Notes under the pieces: generated by a model
What the model was told of the DNA's origin: nothing
Databases searched by the model: none
What the model saw: the letters and a program-made list of their open reading frames with translations, nothing else
Shown: positions 1 through 12,853 of the stretch, in pieces
Position numbering within the stretch: position 1 is the first letter of the stretch
Layout of the letters: each line of letters begins with the position of its first letter
DNA from: Oopsacas minuta
Lineage: Eukaryota > Animalia > Porifera
Direction of reading: 5' to 3'
Length of the DNA stretch: 63,516 nt
Assembly: GCA_024704765.1 (NCBI GenBank)
Contig: JAKMXF010000288.1
Coordinates: forward strand, 434,485-498,000
Program-made: the position numbers and the translations under genes

Positions 1-525
1 AAATATGTCTATTTCCCACATTGCCACATTGCCACACTGTGGCAATGTATAATTTTTCTGTGAGCGTTGCGTCTCAAAGTCTTAGATTATAATCTGTACA
101 GACAGATATATCAGGGACACTATAAATTCTAGGCACTAAGTGCATTTTTTTGACATTGTGAAAGTCTTTATACAGCTCTCCGCACAGGTTGTACTTTTGG
201 GTCTTCATGAGTCTAGAATGTGATATATTTTGAATATCTAAGTGATATCTACGCAACTCTCTGAATTAGGTGACAATTGTGTCGTCCTTAAGAACTGAGG
301 GTGTGTAAGTGCTACGGTTCCTGACCTGATGTCCATGAGGACAGTAGGGGTCCGCATTATGTCCCAATATTGGTATAGAGATTCACTGGTGAAAGTTCCA
401 TATTTAAACTCCATTCATAGTTATTAACAATTCATGGTTTCAATTTACATTTTCCTAATAACCATTGTTACTATAGTTACCAAATAATATGCTTATTAGA
501 GTATCCAGTTTAGTAAAGGTGTGAA

Positions 526-876
526 ATGGCAGACAAACCATCTACACCACCTGACAGCCCAGAGTTAGTTCGCAGCCCAGTTTCAAACATGAGGACACAT
601 GCAAATGTGTCAGGGGCTGATCTCCAAAAAGTGACAGATATGTCCACAGAGGAGGAGAGCCACAATTTGGGTAAGGCAGCCACTTTACTTCAAAATGTGG
701 CATTCAAGGGAAGAGCAATTGGAACTGAAACTAGTAAAGAGAAGATAGTATTGAATAAAGAAGATGTAGACTTTATTATAGAACACATGGAGGTGTCAAA
801 AGTTGTCGCTGAGAGAACACTAAGAGAGCAAGAGGGCAATCTATATAATGCATTAGTTCAATTGATAAATTCTTGA
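526..876 (+). CDS. HYPK: Huntingtin-interacting protein K (HYPK), single exon
   Basis: SGADLQKVTD and the C-terminal UBA-like segment NKEDVDFIIEHMEVSKVVAERTLREQEGNLYNALVQLIN match the HYPK pattern. Confidence 0.88.
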   Translation: MADKPSTPPDSPELVRSPVSNMRTHANVSGADLQKVTDMSTEEESHNLGKAATLLQNVAFKGRAIGTETSKEKIVLNKEDVDFIIEHMEVSKVVAERTLREQEGNLYNALVQLINS

Positions 877-1071
877 ATATTATTAGCAACCGTTCTTGGA
901 TGTAGAATGTGGCATAGTGTCTTACAACTGTCCCGTTTTTGTAGATGGCGTCTGCCACTTTTTCTGACATAATCGGGATAACACCTCTGTTTATTGTGTC
1001 GGTTTATTATTATTTGTTGTTTATTTGAATATTAGCTATCTTATCTCTCCCAGAAATACACAAACTCTGAA

Positions 1072-2238
1072 ATGTAAGTAAACCTTCCATCAACTGTTTT
1101 ACTGGTTACTTGTTTGTTTGTTTGTTTAGGTCTAACGTTCAGAATCTACAGGATAAGACAAAAGAGGTTCAGGGTGTAGTTAAAAGTAATCTTAACAAAG
1201 CATTAGATAGAGATCAAGCTCTGGGTGATATCGAACAAAGAGCTGGTAATTTATGTATATATTTAATCTAACACCTCTAATAGTAGCCCCATTCAATGAA
1301 CCTCTCCCTCCCTGAGGGATGTAGCCAAATACCAACGAGGTAACCATGGAAACTGGGACATAACACGTCACAGAAGCACGTTAGGGAGTTGGTGATCATA
1401 TTCATGTATAGAATGCTATGATTCATGGAATGTAGTATGTGATTATATGTTATGTCCCCCGTACAAGGGTGTTAAAATATGAATAATCACTCAGGCTAAT
1501 AATCGAGTATATATTTGTTAGATCGTATGCACGAACAGGCTGGAGTCTTTCAGAAACAGGCAATAAGACTTAAGCGCAAGACATGTTGGGATAATTACAA
1601 AGTCAGTTATATGTATTATGCGTATTTGTTTGCTTGTTTTGATGTTTGTTATATTTTTAGATGCTACTGATCTTGTTGTGTGTTATTGGAGCAGTAGTTA
1701 TTGGAGTTGTAGGTATGGTTATATGCACATATAGTGACACCTCGTTAATACGAATTCCTGATAAGACGAACACATATTCCCTAAAATTGTTATTCAATTA
1801 GTATTACTCCGGTTAAAGCAGACGTATTTTTACTGTCCGTTGGTGTTCGTATTGACGACTGTATATACCGCGTGACGAGCCTTGCTGGCGCCTATATTTG
1901 CAAGCGGAAACCCGCGTAATACTGAGTATAGGAAAATTTGTTTTTGAATGTTTGTATTTTTGTTCTTTTGTTAATATTAATAATTGGAGTTGTGTGTGGA
2001 ACTTCTTTGTATGTAAACAGAACTAATAGTGTATGCTTATATATTGTGTCCATAGAGATATGTTTTCACACCTAATTTAATTACCCGCTAGTAGTATTTA
2101 TTTTACGCGCCAGTAGGCGCCAAATTCGCAGCGAAAAGCCCGCGAAAGCTTGGATAATATTTATAAATTTTTCTATTCTTTTTAGTGCTATTATTAATAA
2201 TTATTATTGGAGCTGTATGTGGAAGTGGGAATTGTTAG
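1072..2238 (+). CDS. Synaptobrevin/VAMP-family R-SNARE (multi-exon)
   Basis: Manual splicing of exons 1072-1073, 1130-~1244, ~1522-1601, ~1661-1712 and 2186-2238 gives MSNVQNLQDKTKEVQGVVKSNLNKALDRDQALGDIEQRADRMHEQAGVFQKQAIRLKRKTCWDNYK plus a hydrophobic anchor. The zero-layer Arg is in LDRD. The 5' end is uncertain. Confidence 0.85.
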
Positions 2239-3009
2239 GAACTATCAAAACTGGAACTAATTAGCTCAATGGTGTCAGTATGTTTTCCATATATATATAT
2301 ATATTGTGTCTAGTTATATTATCATTGGTATTTATAGATGTATGTTTTGACACCTTATTTGGAACTTGATTTCTTTTATAGTCTTTTTTGTGATTATTTA
2401 TTAATATTAATCATGTTTACGTGTATATGTTTAATGCTATTAATGTGATACCTTCAGCAGGGGGTCCACCATGAAAATGTGTCCAAATTGATCCAAGGGG
2501 GCCAAAAAATCGGTCCGAATTGGTCTCTTATTTATGCCCAAATATTCGCATTAAATTTCAATAGGAATTGCTATTTGAATATTTTTATAATACCAATTCT
2601 ATAGAAATAGTTTAGGTAACTATAGTAACTGCAGGTGTTATATATAGTGTTATGTTTTACATAGAGATTACTGTAACCACCGCCTTCCTGTCCCCCTGCC
2701 ACCCAGGACACCAGGACAGCAGTTTATTGCAAACTTTCAATTTCATTCTTTTCTAATGGATAGCTAAACAATAATGAATAATGCGCCACTTAACGCCATT
2801 AAATCCCACAATTAGCGACACAAAAGAATTACAAATGGAACAAAAGATGTATCGTCTCAACACGGAACTGAAACTATCTAAACTGGAACTATAAAACATG
2901 AACAGCCAATCAATATCGCAAATACAATCGCGCTTTTACAATCAAGGTTTGTTGGGTTTTTTTCCAGTGAATTATTTGTTGTTATTTTTGTTTGTTATTT
3001 AGTGACCTA

Positions 3010-4525
3010 ATGGGAGTGACAGAAGAAGGAGGGTACAAAATTAACGCCAAGTTGAGGGGTCCTGGTCCTGCTAGATACGCTCTCCCCAATACCAGTGGGT
3101 TCTTTGGACACGATGCTACTAAAACTAGACTACCCGCCTATTCATTTGGACTCAGGACAACTTTGTTGTACAGGAAAACGAAAACACCAGGTTAGTAAAC
3201 AAATATACAACTGTTAATATAGGAAATTTACACTCTTAGTTCCAATTTGTAACATACAGTCAACAGTCAACTCCCGGAATGCCCGCTTATATCGAGGTGT
3301 GAAATTGTACAAATATGGTCACAAACCGTCAAAGTAACAAATATTCCATCGGTCATATCGAAGGAATACTCACGGTCCCTTAAGCTTCGATATAACCGGA
3401 GTTAACTGTATGTTTGCCTACGTTTTGTCCTTATTAAATTATACCAATATGGAACTGAAACTAATATATGTATATAACAGGTCCGGCACACTTCATTGAT
3501 GCATCCATGTCTAGATTTGGAAAAGAAGGCTCTTCCAAATTTTCTTTGAAATCTCGTAACCTTATGGGAAAACAATTCCAGACCCCTGCACCTAACGCCT
3601 ATAACGCTGAGAGAATCAGACCCCAGAGAGAACCAAATGCCCCTTCTTATAGTATGGGAACACGAAATAGAATGAGGAAGGCGGATAGCGTTCCTAGTCC
3701 TAATTCGTATTCACTACCTTCTTTAATTGGTAAACAAGGATTATGAAATAACAAACAAACTACACAACAATCAACAAATAAACAAACAATAAACAAACAA
3801 ATAACAATCACATAACAACAAGCTATCTCCACTAGGTCCACGAATAGTAAACAAAGATGCATCGTCTGCTTTCACGATGACAAACCGAGCAAGTGTTGGA
3901 GCATTTGATGAGGATCTAGCTCGCACTCCAGGACCCGGTCACTACTCCATTACCCAAACGGATATTTATAAATCAAAGAGACCGGTATATTCTCTGCAAG
4001 GACGATCATTCATACCAGGTACACTATGGGGACATTAAGGTGTTATTACGTCATTAAGTGTCCTCTAACCTGTGCCACACTTGTTTCATAATACAAAGTG
4101 TCCAATTCATGGATACAATTGGTCCTCTCTAATTGTACACCAGTGGGCAATGGGGTCGAATTGGACAATTAGAGAGGATCTACTGATGTTAATTAGGTGT
4201 ATTAAAGGAGGTCTGTCACTAATATTCACTAGTTTAGTTGTGTAGTTATATTTCACTAATAAAGTGGTGAAATAATGTCAATATTCATGTGGCAGGAAGT
4301 GGCACATAGGTGGTTTAATGTGACACTTTCATTTGTAAATATTCCCTATGAACAACTGGAATTAACACATTCCAACTGTAACTAGGTGATACAGCACAGA
4401 AGCCAGGACCTGGAGCTCATTCTCCAGAAAAGGTTGATATGAGTAAGAGAAGAATGCCCGCCTATTCCATGGGGGTGAGACACTCAGAATATTTGTGTCC
4501 TCTCATAGTAGACGCTGTCTATTAA
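3010..4525 (+). CDS. ODF3: ODF3/SHIPPO-repeat (PGP-repeat) axonemal protein
   Basis: Repeated PGP/PAP/PSP..Y motifs over 4 exons ([43 protein letters not shown]). Ends ...[18 protein letters not shown]. Confidence 0.8.
3257..3408 (+). mobile_element. ~150-bp pogo/Tc1-like MITE family A (other copies ~4845-4960, 7790-7852, 23170-23235, 44270-44415, 56348-56497, 59524-59673)
   Basis: Termini CAGTCAACTCC...GGAGTTAACTG with flanking TA. Shared core GTACAAATATGGTC...CGGTCATATCGAAG. Confidence 0.8.
4092..4230 (+). mobile_element. MITE family C (GGTCCTCTCTAATTGTCC...GGACAATTAGAGAGGACC; copies ~45268-45410, 49555-49620)
   Basis: Near-identical copies in the ODF3 and TBC1D13 introns, with an internal hairpin. 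Confidence 0.75.
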
Positions 4526-5388
4526 TTCGTTGTCTTTTAGTTCCGTATTTAGTATATACAATATTTATTAAACAGCATATAGTTCCAGTTATGGTTTATT
4601 TGGGTGGATCAGAGGCAGCGAGACGTAACGTAACATTCTGGGGAATGTGTTGATAGATCTAGAAACAAGTTCGTACCGGTCAAAAGCGTCCACATAATCG
4701 AGAACGTTTATATTAAAGATTTTTGGGTTTGAAACATCTTTGAACTATTGCAAGAACTTTTCCAGTTAGTGACATTAACTTCCTGTGACGTCATCTGGCG
4801 ATACTGTTGTAAGTAACTTCAAGGAGAGTAATAACGAATTTGATATAACCGAGGGAAACTATGTTCCTTTGACGGTTTGGGACCATATTTGTACAATTCA
4901 CACTTCGATATTAGCGGGCATTTCAATTAATCTGTGTTGGATATAACGGAGAGTTGAGCGTATAAGAATTCTAACACCTATTTGACTATTTTTATAGTTC
5001 TGTTACTGTTCACTTAATTTACAATTGTCCAGTTTCTTCACTTGGGTTAAACCGTGATTCAACTGGACACAAGTGTGTATAGTGTCAGCTTAGATAATTT
5101 GTCAGTCATTTACATTCAAGGGGGGTCCAAATGGCCAAGACACCCCTTAGATCCGCCACTGATTTATCATATTTTGAAGTGAAACAAATGAAATATTTGT
5201 AACACCTTGAGTGTTCTAAAATGTGAATCTGATAATTTCGTTTTTCGATCTTTCAGTTCTATAATAAATGTGTCGCTGATTGTGTCGATTATAATCCACA
5301 TTATCTAACACATTACTTCACATAATTTCAACTCAATTTATATATATATGTCTACTTATTAGCAAGTGTTATAAACAGGAACTATAGA

Positions 5389-8300
5389 ATGGCTAGTTCC
5401 AATATAGAGCCTCTAGTATTTACAGATACAAAAGATACAGATGGACACTATCATGAGTTGGTCAATGCTAATCCCAATTATCCGATTGTTATCAAATCGA
5501 TATTATGGTTGTGTGTTGAGAATTATGTGCAAGCCCAGAAATTCCAGGGCACGCCCCTAGCAACCAAAATTCAGAAGACATATGATACGGAACAAGCTAA
5601 GGGGTTAGAGAGAAACTCAGCTGTTTTGGATTTTGTTAGACATGACTGGCATAAAGTTAGTTCCATATTGTTTGTTTGTTTATTTTCATATTTTAGAAAC
5701 ATCAAAATTCTTCAACTTTTCCCTTTTAAATAATTGTTACTATTCGCATGAATATTTTGACACCTTTCTAGATCAAAGATGAAGTTATGCTAGAGGGTTT
5801 ACGCGCCAAATTCACTCAACACAAGGACCTGAAGAAGCTCCTCCTCAAAACTGGAAGTAGACAACTAATCTTCAAGGATTCAGTAGCTGGTTCCTATTGG
5901 GGGAAAGGTAGTGATGGAATGGGAACTAATAAATTAGGTCAGCTGTTAATGAGGACACGAGTAGAGTTACAGGGAAAGAAGCCGAATACTTATGGAACTG
6001 AAACTGGAACCAATTTAGAAGTTAGTTCATGTTTAACTGGTTTTAAGATTTGTTTGTTTGTTTGTTTACTTGTTTGTTTGTTAAATTGTATCACCTATAG
6101 TTCCGAGATTCGTCACCTGACCCTCAATACCCTGACAAACCACCCAAAGGGTCAATCTACTTCCATGACGATATATATCCATTCTTTGAGTTCTCACCAT
6201 ATTTCCCACACGAAGTGCGTATAAATGGCACAAAGTGGCCTACTGTGTCACACTATTATTTGGGACAGAGGTTCGCAGGTTCTAAGCTTGAAGTGAAAAT
6301 TCAGGAATGTGTGTCAGCTGGAGAGGCGATGAAAGTGGCTTATTGTCCAGACCACCAGGATTTTGTTAGGAGAGATTGGAAGGATGTGAAGGTAAGTTTT
6401 GATAATTGTATCCGACACATATTAGTTAGACTACCATATACCTCGAATAGTAACCGAGGTGATTATTCATATTTTAACACCCTTTGACAGGAGAACATAA
6501 CATATAATCACATGAATATATTCACCAACTCCCTAACCTGCTTCTGTGACGTGTTATGTCCCAGTTTCCATGATTACCCCGTTGGTATTTGGCTACACCC
6601 CTCAGTGAGGGAGGTGATCTTTGAAGAGGACTATTTTATTAGCTTGTTTGTTTACTTGTTTACTTGTTTGTTTACTAATAATATGATATTTTCAGGATCC
6701 AGTGATGAAGACTGGATTGAAAGCTAAATTCATACAATTCCCAGAAGCAAAGCATTTACTTTTATCAACAGGATACAAGAGATTAGTACATCATTGTACC
6801 GACACTTACTGGGGGGACGGACTGGATGGAGAGGGTCAAAATATGTTAGGTAACTTCCTCATGGATATAAGGAAAGATTTACAAGATAAGGATTCAGATG
6901 TTAGGTGACAAAATGTTCTATTCTTATGTTATACTTCAGTTCCTATTAATTGTGTTCTGTCGGGTATATTGAGGAAATGGTAAGAGATATAAACTTGAAT
7001 TTTGGCACCTGTGTGGAATGTTATCTATCTTGCTACCATTTCAAATATCTAATTGATATCTCCAAAACTCTCTGGAATAGGTGACAAAATGTGTCCACCT
7101 ATCAGATATGAAGGTTTACCCAAAGTTATATACATATATGAACACCTATTGAGCTGTTATTATTGTTATTATTTGTTGTTTAGACCTATTTTACAAGCAA
7201 TTGGCGCCTCACAACAAAGCCCAACAAAAGCCTCAATAAAATCACGACAATTCGCCAAATTGCAACGTGACGTCAACACAACAATAATAACAACAGACAA
7301 AACAAACAACTATTCATGTTTGTCAATATATTCTGAACACCCGATCACTCTACACCACAAGAGGTGGCCCTCTGTAGCACACTATTATAACGCCATGAAA
7401 TTTGAGGGTACAAGACTTGAGGACAAGATACGCGGGATCGCGACACCAGAAGAGGTCCCGTATGTGGCATACCAACACCGTGAGGGAGTGCAAAAGGGCT
7501 GGACCGAAAAGCGTGATAAGATTATGTCCCAAGGGCTTCATACGAAGTTCGAACAACACCATGAATTGAGGGAGGTGTTGATTGGTACTGGTAGAAGTAA
7601 ATTGGTCTTTCATTCAGAGGAGGATCCGTATTATGGAGATGGAGGAGATGGAAATGGACAAAATAGGCTAGGGGTAATGCTTGAGGATCTCAGAGGAGAA
7701 TTAAGACACCTTGCAACCAGACAACAAGTAAATACAAACAAATACACAAACTACAGTCATTTCCTGTTACATCTAACACGGATATATTGAAATGCCCGCT
7801 TATATCGAGGTGTGAATTTGTACAAATATGTTCCTTAAACGGGAATTGACTGTAATTATATCTTAGTAACCATGGATAAGTGGTTGAAAATTTCTTGTCC
7901 ACATATATGACGTGTCATTTCCGGTTTCACACCCTTTCAGGCGGGATAATTAGAAATATATAGAATTGTCTATTTGTACATATGTAAATTCCATTTACCC
8001 AATATTGTAACTAGGAACAGACGCGATCTGCTTACTACAGATCACCACCAATCGATCCCCCATCAATAACACGCTCCGTGACATCTCTCCCATACCATAA
8101 TCCACTTCACACCTTTCCAGATCCGACACAACCTGAAAGACTTCGATTTTCAGCATTCGACAAAACTTATTCTTGTTTCCTGCCAAGTTCTGAACACCCA
8201 ATTGTGACACAAGATGGCAGAAAGTGGCACACAGTAGAGCACTTTTATCACGCTTCTAAATTTCATGGTGGACAATTTGATGAAATGATTAGTAAGGAAC

Positions 8301-9897
8301 ACTCATTAGAAGAGGTATATATTCATATTTTCACACCTTTTTAACCAATGGAATTGCTCGATATTTAACACACTTTCTAATAACAGGTTCGTAAGCTTGT
8401 CTACTCAAATATGTATCAGCGACAAATACGAAATGATTTTAATCAAGTTAAAGATAATTACATGTTGCATGGTTTGAGACTGAAATTTGAGCAACACGAA
8501 GGTTTGCGACACTTTTTGGTACAAACTGGCAATGCGACACTTGTCTACGACACCGAGAGGGACGAATATTGGGGCTATGGGATCGCTGGTTCGGGTAAGA
8601 ACCGCTTAGGCGGGCTTTTGATGTTGGTACGCAAGGAATTTCATGAATTGTCCCGCGTGGAGTGGGATTATAAACAGAGGGAGTTGAGACACTTAACGCC
8701 TCCCTCTCTGCACCCAACGAGGACTATGACCTTTGCAGAAAATCCTAGAGACATACTTGACAGGTTGGAATGTTTATAATAGTTTTTAGAGAACAATTTG
8801 TATTATTGAACCATGGATTAGCTGGCTAAGTATTTTATCCTTTTGTGAAATAGTAGCAGGGATAAATATTCATATTTTAACACCCTTGTACGGGGGATAT
8901 AATATTAATCACATACTACATTCCATGAATCATTGCATTCTATACAAAATATATTCACCAACTCCCTAACGTGCTTCTGTGACGTGTTATGTCCCAGTTT
9001 CCGTGGTTACCTCATTGGTATTTGCTACACCTCTCAGCGAGGGAGAGGCAATCATTGAAAGAGCTCAATGTTTAAGATTTTTTGTTTACTTGTTTATTAG
9101 TTTGTTTACTAGTTTATTTGTTTACTAAAGTATATTTTTAGTTTCGAATAAATATACTTCTATAAACCTTATCCATGGTCCATTAATACAAATTCTAAGA
9201 TATTACTCAAATCTATTTTTAGATACAACCCATCACACTCTAGACCTGCTCTGACCAATCAGCAGTCATTCTATGACACACATACTTCCCCGCCTCAACA
9301 TTCACCCAAACATTCCTATAAACCATCATTAGAGCATCAGGAATCATTTGTGGCACACCCAACCAATAAATACGACACTTTTGGAAATGACAGTGGCGCA
9401 AACCCATTTGGCTTCATGCCCATGCGAAATATGTTAGCAGACGTAGAAAAGACAAATAGTAAGTTTATTGAAGGTGTGAAGTTGTTTTGTCACATTTCCG
9501 GAGTGGATTTATAAGAAACGAAGTGTCAAATTGTACCGAGTTGTCCGTGGATTTGTATAGGTGGTTAACAGTCATAAAGGACACAAATTGTCGAGCGTGA
9601 GGCTCCAGTAGACTTCGCTTCTTTGAGCCACCAGTTAATCGGGTCAAATTGGACCGATGTGACCCTCTTAAGCGGAGTCTACTGTTTATCCTATTGTTCA
9701 CAAATGTTCTAATTTTAGATGTTTACAATGACACAAGTTTTGGCGTCTCAAGCCCGCCGAGATTGGATCTGAACGAACAAAGCTTTTCAGTTACGGACGA
9801 CTTCCTTATTTCTAATCGTCAGCGACGGACGCTAGGCCTAACTAAGCAACGATCACTCTCTAATCCAGATTTATCCGATTTATATGATTTAAAATAA
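5389..9897 (+). CDS. Protein with four tandem NADAR (YbiA-like) domains and a low-complexity C-terminal tail
   Basis: Phase-compatible exons ~5389-5655, 5773-6020, 6100-6391, 6696-6904, 7182-7728, 8016-8314, 8387-8763, 9221-9458 and 9719-9897. Four YbiA-type units: ENYVQAQKF...AKFTQH...YWG...NKLGQLLM; SHYYLGQRF...AKFIQF...DTYWGDG...NMLGNFLM; AHYYNAMKF...TKFEQH...DPYYGDG...NRLGVML; EHFYHASKF...LKFEQH...DEYWG...NRLGGLLM. Confidence 0.88.
8866..9062 (+). repeat. ~200-bp dispersed repeat family D (copies ~1290-1490 inverted, 6460-6627, 42982-43182, 47568-47710)
   Basis: Shared ATATTCATATTTTAACACCCTTGTACGGGGGA...CACCAACTCCCTAACGTGCTTCTGTGACGTGTTATGTCCCAGTTTCC. No obvious TIR or TSD. Confidence 0.85.
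9604..9682. mobile_element. ~80-bp MITE family B (CAGTAGACTC...GAGTCTACTG; relatives ~18905, 30440, 35840, 45506, 51751, 53586)
   Basis: Short inverted termini and a shared core (TTAATCGGGTCAA..TGGACC) seen in several copies. Confidence 0.7.
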
Positions 9898-12181
9898 GCT
9901 ATTTTTAGTAACATTCCATGATTTCGTGTTTATTAGCCTTTTATCATTGATTCACTTTAGATTATCAAAAGTATATATCTGCCACTTAAATATGGCAGGA
10001 GTCACAGGACATTTGGCATACTTGGACACTTTTTGGCGGGATTTCCATATTTAAGTTCCATTGACACGTGCCGCAAGCCCAAATTGTCCTGAATTTTGTG
10101 GACCATCTGGACAAATATTATTCCCAACTATTTCTTAGTTCTGCCTCTCATGAACCAATTGTCCCCCTTTAGGGAAAGTTGGATCGCCCCCCTGGCTTAT
10201 GGAGACCACATTTCATATATTACACAACCAGTGATTATATTATTTCATTATTATTAAATGTCATTTGATTTGACAAATGAATGCACAGGATTCTACCTTG
10301 AAGGTTTTCACACCTTGAAGGACTACGACTTGTGCTAAAAATAGTGTTCTGTGTAGCTAACCATCTTATTGGTTGATTGGCAAGAGTAACACTTATATTA
10401 TTTGTTATTGGATAGAGGTAAATTTTGGGGGACTTTTGAGTGAAAATTTGTGATATTAATATTTTCACACCTTCAGTTATAGCCTCTTATTTATCTCAAT
10501 ATGATTCAGAAATTAAGTTCCAACCCTAAACCAATAATACAAATATTGAGATCCTGTGCTCCTACTGTTTACTATAGACCCACGAACGATAGCAGGGGTC
10601 CATACAGGATCTCAAAATTTGTATTGTGGGTGAAAATGGTTGGGAACAGCTGATTTAAATCCACATTTTCACACCATTTGGATGATAATACTTGTATTTA
10701 GAGTAATGACATCTTAGATCACATCTATGACAATATCCAAAACATTATCATATAAACTGATTTGTGGATATTTTCGATGATTAAATGTATGAAATTAATT
10801 ATAGATTTTGACACCTTTAATAGTCAATTAAGTCCTTACTAACTTGATACGTGACAATGTTTCAGTTCTTTTTTAGTTGCTAAAAATGCAATTTGTCTTT
10901 GTGAATGACCTTTTCGCATTGAAGGCAATATGTCACTTTAAGTATCCATAGCAACGCTAATTAATTAATTTTCTGATTTTATGCCTATGACCTTGTGATT
11001 TATTCATTGTATAATGTCTGCGATTGATTATCTCATCAACCAATCAATATACGCGCGTCATAAGTGTTGAGTATTGTATTACAGTATTTACAATTCTCTT
11101 TTCATCATGAGTATAAGAATTTTCTCCAAGTTAAGCATTACACTTATCATTGAGGAATCAAGTTTTTGCCTACTAACTCATGTTCAAAACATGAAAGTAA
11201 ACTTGTTTTTTATTCCAACAAGTTATTCCTCAATACAGGGATCGTTCTCTTTTGAACCAAAACCTCTAATTGGGTTCATGATTAAGTTATAAGAGAAATG
11301 ACCCCTACCCGCTTGGGCTAAGTACCCCTCGGATTAAAGTCATTTTATGAAAATATTTCCTCCAAAATGGAAATATATTCATATATTTTTCTATATGTTC
11401 CGTAACAAATATATAATAAAGAGAGATATAAATGAACTCAATAGTTCACAAAAATCTCTAAATATGCTGTATTCTATTTGAAATGGAACATTTGCATTGT
11501 ACCAAAAATGTGCTAATTAGTGTCGCAGCATGCCACAAATTTATGATCCTATACCATAGAGAAAGTTTCATCGAATATACCGTGGACAGCTGCAAAACTA
11601 GAGCTTATTTATTATTAGAAGGTGATAAAGATTATTCACATTCTATGTATTGTAAAATATTCTAAATCATTGGAAAAGAACTGCTGAATAATCATAAATA
11701 TACTATTTTACATAATAATGCATATTCTCGTTATTTATACTTTACAGAGGAAGAACTTTTGTAATTCTTTGAAGTCTTATCCAATGGATTTGCTTGGAGA
11801 ATAATACATAGATTTCTGTATAAAATTACAGGTGTGATTCTTTTGCAATTTATAAAATTTCAAGAAATGCTCAGCATTTATGCTCACAAACATTTTGTAG
11901 AAAACCCTCTGAATTCATCGGATGATTGCAAATCAACTTTATACCATTGTAAGGCGCATACCCAAGTATAACCATAGCAACCATTAGTGTAATAGGAATC
12001 TCAATCATATGCTTATTATAATTAGCATCTGTAATACTACAATACAAACACGCTGTAATGTTATTGGTTGACTGGATTGTATAAATAGTGAATAGATAAA
12101 TGATTTTAACAATTATACTACTATTTTGTGTATATTTATTCGTTTTCAACAAACAAACAAACAAACAAATAATAACAAACA

Positions 12182-12853
12182 ATGAGTTCTCATAATGGTG
12201 TTCTATTTGGGAAAAGTTACAATCAGCTGATGAAAGGAAATTTCCGCCAATCAGTGAGTATCTTTACAAAACTGATGAGTGATAATAATTTGGAAATTCT
12301 GGATTTGGCAGAATCTGAAAACGACACATTTTGTGCCACACGGAGATGTTCCACTCTCAGCCAATCAAATACTTCACTCAGTTCTAATACTTCTGCTGCT
12401 TCTCTATTCAGTGCAACTTCTGCCACTAGCGACACTAACACATCTTGTGAAGGGACACAATTAAGTGTCACTTCACCACCTACTCGCAGAGTTTCAGAGA
12501 GAGGATACCTAAGGGCGAACAGACTGAAGAGAGTGTACAATGAGGCCGTAAGGAGACGACAAGAACAGGACCCTCTGAGTAAGGAGCATTGCAAACACCT
12601 TAAACAATCTCTAGTGATTGCCATCAACAAACTACACTCACTTCCTGACCAATCAGATGGCTATCTGGAAGCAGCTGCTGTTATGTGTCTACTCAGCCAA
12701 TGGAATGTCGCAGAGGAAATATACGAAATAGGCATTCAGCGTTGTCAATACACCACCAATCAAATGCTATACTTCCAACTGGACCAACTCAGAGCCATAA
12801 ACCGACACATTTCTGACACCTTGACTCTCTGTACAAATACTATTATTATTTGA
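12182..12853 (+). CDS. Intronless 223-aa hypothetical protein with a Ser/Thr-rich middle and a C-terminal TPR-like helical hairpin (copy 1)
   Basis: ORF track. PDQSDGYLEAAAVMCLLSQWNVAEEIYEIGIQ resembles a TPR motif. Confidence 0.6.
   Translation: MSSHNGVLFGKSYNQLMKGNFRQSVSIFTKLMSDNNLEILDLAESENDTFCATRRCSTLSQSNTSLSSNTSAASLFSATSATSDTNTSCEGTQLSVTSPPTRRVSERGYLRANRLKRVYNEAVRRRQEQDPLSKEHCKHLKQSLVIAINKLHSLPDQSDGYLEAAAVMCLLSQWNVAEEIYEIGIQRCQYTTNQMLYFQLDQLRAINRHISDTLTLCTNTIII

Noticed and set aside
74-256. Minus-strand 60-aa ORF head-to-head with HYPK
   Set aside because: It may be an exon (acceptor-like TAATTCAG upstream), but I recognise no family and cannot define the gene.
8764-8779. Stop at 8779 as the end of the NADAR gene
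   Set aside because: A donor at 8764 splices in phase to open exons at 9221 and 9719. The stop at 9897 is preferred, though the shorter isoform is not excluded.
12223-12630. Antisense/overlapping ORFs inside real genes (also 14452..14859, 27206..27499, 34658..35023, 41141..41479, 42102..42383, 57799..58134)
   Set aside because: Shadow frames of the coding strand with no recognisable motifs.
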